Source of the DNA: an uncultured Eubacteriales bacterium
Lineage (GTDB): Bacteria > Acidobacteriota > Aminicenantia > Aminicenantales > UBA4085
Assembly (NCBI GenBank): GCA_964411395.1
Contig: CAYPKX010000007.1
Coordinates: forward strand, 1-45,205
Length of the DNA: 45,205 nt
Direction of reading: 5' to 3'
In this document: piece by piece, positions 41,679-45,205 of the stretch
How positions within the stretch are numbered: the stretch's first letter is position 1
Layout: every line of letters starts with the position of its first letter
Translations under genes and position numbers: made by a program
Notes under the pieces: model-generated
Told to the model about the DNA's origin: nothing
Database searches by the model: none
Seen by the model: only the letters and a program-made list of their open reading frames with translations

Positions 41679-42845
41679 ATGAAGATCCTGATGCTCGCGC
41701 CGGAACCCTTCTTTCAGCCCCGGGGTACGCCGATCAGCGTTTTCTTCCGGCTGAAGGCCCTTACCGACATGGGCCATTCGGTCGACCTGGTCACCTACCC
41801 GCTCGGCCAGGACATCCCCTGTCCCGGCTTGACCATCACCCGTGTTCCCAATTTCCTCGGGTTCCGGAAAATCAAGATCGGCCCCTCGCCGGCCAAGCTC
41901 CCGCTGGACGCCCTGATGGTCGGCTGGGCCTTCGCCAAGCTGGCCCGGCGCCGTTATGACCTCATCTTCTCTCACGAAGAGGCGGGCTTTTTCGGCCTCG
42001 TCCTGGCCCGGCTTTTTTTCACGCCCCACCTCTACGACATGCATTCCAGCCTCCCCCAGCAACTGGAGAATTTTAATTTCTCTCATAATTCGGCCCTCAA
42101 AGCCGTCTTCACCGCCCTCGAAAATTTCGTTCTGAGGGGTTCCCGGTCGGTCATCGTCATCTGCCGCGACCTTTTCGATTATGTTAAAGGCCTGGGATAC
42201 GGCGACAAAGCCGTTTTCCTGGAAAATATTCTCGATTTCAACGACTTCGACGCTCATCCGCCCAGCCCCGAAGAAATCGCCGGGCTCCGGCGCAAAATCA
42301 CCCCCCGGGGGGAAAAAATCGTCCTCTATTCCGGAAATTTCGAGCCCTATCAGGGGGTCCCGCTTCTGGTCGAAGCTTTCGGCAAAATGAAAGAGAGAGC
42401 GATTCTTCTTATCGTCGGCGGCTCTGCGGCCGATCACGCCTCCGTGAAAAAACGGGCGGCCGAACTCGGATTTGCCGACCGGTTCGTCCTGGTGGAAAAA
42501 GTCCCGCCCCAGCGGGTGCCGCTCTACATCAAATGCAGCGACGTTCTCGTTTCGCCCCGGGCTTCGGGGACCAACACCCCCCTGAAAATCTATGCCTATC
42601 TGAAGGCGGGCAAACCGGTGGTGGCCACGAATCTCTGGACCAACACCCAGGTCCTGACCGAAGACATCGCCGTCCTGTCTCCTCCCGAGCCGGAGAAATT
42701 CGGAGCCGCTCTGGATTTCGCCGTTTCATCAGAAGAAGCCAAGCGGCGGGCCCGGGCTGGAGCGGAGCTGGCTGCCCGGGAATATACCTACACCCATTAC
42801 CGGGAAAAAATCACTGAAGCCATAACCAAGGCGGCCGCGGGATGA
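41679..42845 (+). CDS. Glycosyltransferase family 4
   Basis: MKILMLAPEPFFQPRGTPISV… (GT-B N-domain). C-domain …LVSPRASGTNTPLKIYAYLKAGKPVVATN. Start ATG at 41679, 11 nt after the GT2 stop. Confidence 0.8.
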   Translation: MKILMLAPEPFFQPRGTPISVFFRLKALTDMGHSVDLVTYPLGQDIPCPGLTITRVPNFLGFRKIKIGPSPAKLPLDALMVGWAFAKLARRRYDLIFSHEEAGFFGLVLARLFFTPHLYDMHSSLPQQLENFNFSHNSALKAVFTALENFVLRGSRSVIVICRDLFDYVKGLGYGDKAVFLENILDFNDFDAHPPSPEEIAGLRRKITPRGEKIVLYSGNFEPYQGVPLLVEAFGKMKERAILLIVGGSAADHASVKKRAAELGFADRFVLVEKVPPQRVPLYIKCSDVLVSPRASGTNTPLKIYAYLKAGKPVVATNLWTNTQVLTEDIAVLSPPEPEKFGAALDFAVSSEEAKRRARAGAELAAREYTYTHYREKITEAITKAAAG

Positions 42846-43810
42846 ACGTATTCGTTACCGGGGCGGCGGGGTTCGTCGGGAGAAAGCTCGTCGAAACGCT
42901 GGCTGCGTCGGGATGGAAGGTTGAGGCTTTCGACCTCCGCAAACCGGAAAGCGGGGCCGCGGGGGTCGAATTTATCGCCGGCGATATCCGCGACGAGGCG
43001 GCCGTGGCCGAAGCGATGAAAGGCGCGGAAATCGTCTTTCACTTGGCCGCCGCGCTCGGCGCGTCGCGGCTCGGCCTGGAGGGTTTTCGGGCGGTCAACG
43101 TCGGTGGGACGAAGGCCGTCCTGGCGGCCGCCCGTAAAAACGGCGTCCGCCGGGTCGTTCATTTCAGCTCGGCCGGGGTGCTGGGGCATGTCCGTTCGGG
43201 CGAGGTCGCCGATGAAGGCTACGCCCTCAACCCGCGTGATAACTACGATCTGACCAAGCTCGAGGGCGAACGGGCGGCCCTGGAAGCCGGAGCCGCCGGA
43301 CAGGACGTCGTCGTTATCCGCCCGGGCTGGGTTTATGGGCCGGGAGACCGGCGGACCTTCAAGCTCGTCCGGGCGATCGCCAAGGGGAAGTACATCCAAG
43401 CCGGAAGAGGCCGGACACTTCAAACCCCCGTTTTTGTCGACGACCTGGCCGTCGGAGCCGTTTTGGCCGCCGAAAACGGGAAAAAGAGCGAAATCTACAA
43501 TCTGGCCGGGGACGAAGTTTTGACGGTTCGGCAAATTGCCGAAACGATCGCCTCAGCCGCGGGGAGAAACCTGCCCCGATTTCATCTGCCGATGGGCCCG
43601 ACACGGGTGGCCGCAGCTGTTTTCGGCAAGGTGTTCGGCCTCATCGGCCGGGAAGCGCCCCTCAACCCGTCCCGGCTGGCCTTTTTCATCCATCCCAAGC
43701 CGCTGAGAATTGAAAAAGCAAAAGCGGAGCTGGGATTCGCGCCAAGCCTGAATTTCGCCGAGGGAATGGACCGGGCCGTCGCCTGGTACCGGAAAAACCG
43801 CTGGCTGTAA
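42842..43810 (+). CDS. NAD-dependent epimerase/dehydratase (extended SDR)
   Basis: VFVTGAAGFVGRKL (GxxGxxG) and NYDLTK (YxxxK). The start overlaps the GT4 stop (ATGA). Confidence 0.85.
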   Translation: MNVFVTGAAGFVGRKLVETLAASGWKVEAFDLRKPESGAAGVEFIAGDIRDEAAVAEAMKGAEIVFHLAAALGASRLGLEGFRAVNVGGTKAVLAAARKNGVRRVVHFSSAGVLGHVRSGEVADEGYALNPRDNYDLTKLEGERAALEAGAAGQDVVVIRPGWVYGPGDRRTFKLVRAIAKGKYIQAGRGRTLQTPVFVDDLAVGAVLAAENGKKSEIYNLAGDEVLTVRQIAETIASAAGRNLPRFHLPMGPTRVAAAVFGKVFGLIGREAPLNPSRLAFFIHPKPLRIEKAKAELGFAPSLNFAEGMDRAVAWYRKNRWL

Positions 43811-43865
43811 ATGGCGCCAACCTGAACGCCGTCGACCCCGGTTTCCAAAGGAATAATTTCGAGAT

Positions 43866-43890
43866 GACGGCCAAGGGCCGGGCTTTTTTA
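43866..43890 (+). terminator. Weak intrinsic terminator after the GT2-GT4-epimerase operon
   Basis: CGGCC-aag-GGCCG stem (43868-43880), a 3-nt spacer, then T6 (43884-43889). Confidence 0.4.
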
Positions 43891-43915
43891 CGTCGATTCT
43901 TGCGAAATCCGGATT

Positions 43916-44773
43916 TCAGACGAACGTCGGCTCGAATTTTCCGAGGGGGTCGGCCTTGCGGGCTTTGACCAGGGCGTCGATGTCGATGTTCTTTTCGGTG
44001 AAATAGTCCCGGATCACATCCCGAACGACCCCGCTCTGCTTCCTCTGGACGTAGTCGATCGTGGCCGGCTCGTTTTGCTCGACCGGCTTGCCGAGGAGGT
44101 TCCGCTTCCAGTGAATCATCCACCCGGAGAAACACATCGGCTGGGACCGTTTGGACATTCCCTTGGTCACCAGGCCCGAAAGCTTCTTGCTCTCGTCCCG
44201 GCTCAAGTAATCGATGTCGAAGCCGAGCTCGGTGAGCTTGGCCCGCCGCTCGTCGCGACTGCCGTACTCGTAGGTCGGAGTCAGGAACCGGACGGCGTAG
44301 TCCTTGGCCAGGGATTTGGAGCCGTTGACAATCCGGGGGTAGTTTTCGGCCGTCCCCGTGAGATTGGTCTCCGACGGGATCTGCTCCCGGTTGGACCCGT
44401 CGGCATAGCCGACCAGGTTGTTTTCCAGGGCGAAAATCAAGGCCCCGATGTTCATGCTCAGACGGCAGCCGACACACCAGCGGATTTCGGTGTTGTATTT
44501 GTCGCGGTCCTTGAAAAAGCTGCTGACCGAGATTTTTTTATGGACCTTCTTGAGGTCGACGATCCGGTGGGTGACTCGGTCCGCCCCGAAGGTCTCCTTC
44601 AGGCGCTCGACGTTGGGAAGATTATTCTTCACCCCGAATTCCAGGTACCCCTTGTCGAAGGTCACCAGATGAACCTTGTCGAATCGATGCTCCTTCAAGA
44701 GGAGGACGGAGGAGAGGAGGGAATCGATCCCTCCGGAAAACATCACCGCCACTTCGTTTTTAATCAAGCTCAT
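43916..44773 (-). CDS. PP-loop (adenine-nucleotide alpha-hydrolase) superfamily ATPase of unknown function with a CxxC…C cysteine triad
   Basis: The SGGIDS PP-loop lies near the N-terminus (VAVMFSGGIDSLL). The only three Cys are C103/C106 (RWCVGCRLS) and C217 (QPMCFSG), in ORF-track numbering. The start is probably the ATG at 44773 (GAGG 8 nt upstream); alternatives are ATG 44779 and GTG 44782. Confidence 0.75.
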   Translation of the reverse strand: MSLIKNEVAVMFSGGIDSLLSSVLLLKEHRFDKVHLVTFDKGYLEFGVKNNLPNVERLKETFGADRVTHRIVDLKKVHKKISVSSFFKDRDKYNTEIRWCVGCRLSMNIGALIFALENNLVGYADGSNREQIPSETNLTGTAENYPRIVNGSKSLAKDYAVRFLTPTYEYGSRDERRAKLTELGFDIDYLSRDESKKLSGLVTKGMSKRSQPMCFSGWMIHWKRNLLGKPVEQNEPATIDYVQRKQSGVVRDVIRDYFTEKNIDIDALVKARKADPLGKFEPTFV

Positions 44774-44802
44774 GGTCATCACCTCGCGATCATACGGTCG
44801 AT

Positions 44803-44831
44803 ATCATACACGGCGGAAAAATCTTTGCCAA
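44803..44831 (-). promoter_or_regulatory. Candidate sigma70 promoter for the PP-loop gene (TTGGCA-17-TATGAT)
   Basis: The minus strand has TTGGCA (44826-44831), a 17-nt spacer and TATGAT (44803-44808). A second TATGAT lies at 44789-44794. Confidence 0.45.
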
Positions 44832-44914
44832 CTTGATTCGGGTTCGCCGAGCAGGTGGAGAACCTCCGGCAACCGCGAAACGGAGACTTCGCTCCGGGAG
44901 CGAAACCGCCCGGC

Positions 44915-45070
44915 TTAAACGGCCGGAGGAACCGGGCAGCTTTTGGCCGGCCGAGTCAGGGCTTTTTTTACGCAGCACCCGCCCTGATGAAAAAACAACC
45001 AGATCAGAACACCGGCCGCCAGGGCCAAGAAACCCAGAATGCTCAGAACCACGATCAGGAGCGTCGACAT
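44915..45070 (-). CDS. Unannotated 51-codon ORF: small single-pass membrane peptide with a Cys-containing tail
   Basis: It is below the ORF-track length cutoff. The minus strand reads AGGAGGaaaggcgATG. Translation: MSTLLIVVLSILGFLALAAGVLIWLFFHQGGCCVKKALTRPAKSCPVPPAV*. GC3-rich codons match the neighbours. It has its own consensus-like promoter. Confidence 0.55.
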   Translation of the reverse strand: MSTLLIVVLSILGFLALAAGVLIWLFFHQGGCCVKKALTRPAKSCPVPPAV

Positions 45071-45122
45071 CGCCTTTCCTCCTATTCTCTACTATTTTAG
45101 TCGGAACTCTCGGAACAGTAGT

Positions 45123-45151
45123 TTATTACCATGCCGGCCGAGCCTTGTCAA
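45123..45151 (-). promoter_or_regulatory. Candidate strong sigma70 promoter for the small ORF (TTGACA-17-TAATAA)
   Basis: The minus strand has a perfect TTGACA (45146-45151), a 17-nt spacer and TAATAA (45123-45128), ~50 nt upstream of the ATG. A second TTGACA lies at 45167-45172. Two ACTTTGC direct repeats (45174-45180, 45199-45205) lie further upstream. Confidence 0.5.
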
Positions 45152-45205
45152 TACTTTTTCGTTTCTTGTCAACGCAAAGTGAAAATGTCCGGTTCTCTGC
45201 AAAGT

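Noticed and set aside
44941-44985. TCAGGGC…GCCCTGA inverted repeat with an adjacent T7 run (plus strand), considered as a terminator.
   Set aside because: The T-run lies inside the 18-nt loop rather than after the stem, and the element sits inside the 51-codon ORF. It is not a canonical intrinsic terminator on either strand.

Overview
This is a 45.2 kb window of high-GC bacterial chromosome, densely coding, with many 1-4 nt start/stop overlaps between adjacent genes. The organism looks diderm. Evidence is an outer-membrane beta-barrel protein ending in an aromatic residue, SurA-like chaperones, and ADP-heptose/heptosyltransferase genes. I cannot place the lineage from sequence alone. The short ATP-synthase epsilon subunit and the abundance of BNR and beta-propeller exoproteins would fit an uncultured Acidobacteriota-like or FCB-like group.

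Housekeeping genes:
- an S41-like peptidase (5' end cut by the window) followed by a YibQ-like deacetylase
- inositol-3-phosphate synthase
- two SurA/parvulin chaperones and mfd
- a long minus-strand run: receiver protein, accD, folC, atpF'-F-H-A-G-D-C, then a GT4 glycosyltransferase

Envelope-glycan genes:
- a minus-strand operon (15.2-20.5 kb) encoding a coiled-coil protein, a GT4, an NPPY methyltransferase, Wzm, a Wzt with a C-terminal sandwich domain, and a heptose-1-P adenylyltransferase
- an upstream 852-aa GT4-GT9 fusion gene
- a plus-strand GT2-GT4-epimerase operon (40.7-43.8 kb)

An accessory-looking stretch (23.1-30.9 kb) holds a decayed beta-propeller gene, an exported ankyrin-propeller protein, a membrane-anchored LuxR regulator, a class-V aminotransferase, a tryptophanase-family lyase, an exported creatininase-family hydrolase and an outer-membrane barrel protein.

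I found no rRNA, tRNA, CRISPR array, transposase or integrase, and no recognisable defence-system hallmark.

Best leads for something undescribed:
1. a spermidine-synthase gene fused to two degenerate AdoMetDC-like modules
2. a PP-loop ATPase whose only three cysteines form a CxxC...C triad, next to an unannotated, strongly signalled 51-codon Cys-containing membrane peptide at the window edge
3. the GT4-GT9 fusion and the capped-glycan export logic of the neighbouring operon
4. a 558-nt gene-free spacer with nested and long-range complementary G/C tracts
5. several proteins with substituted catalytic or phospho-acceptor residues (S41 homolog, receiver domain)

All family calls come from motif recognition by eye. 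No database search was run.
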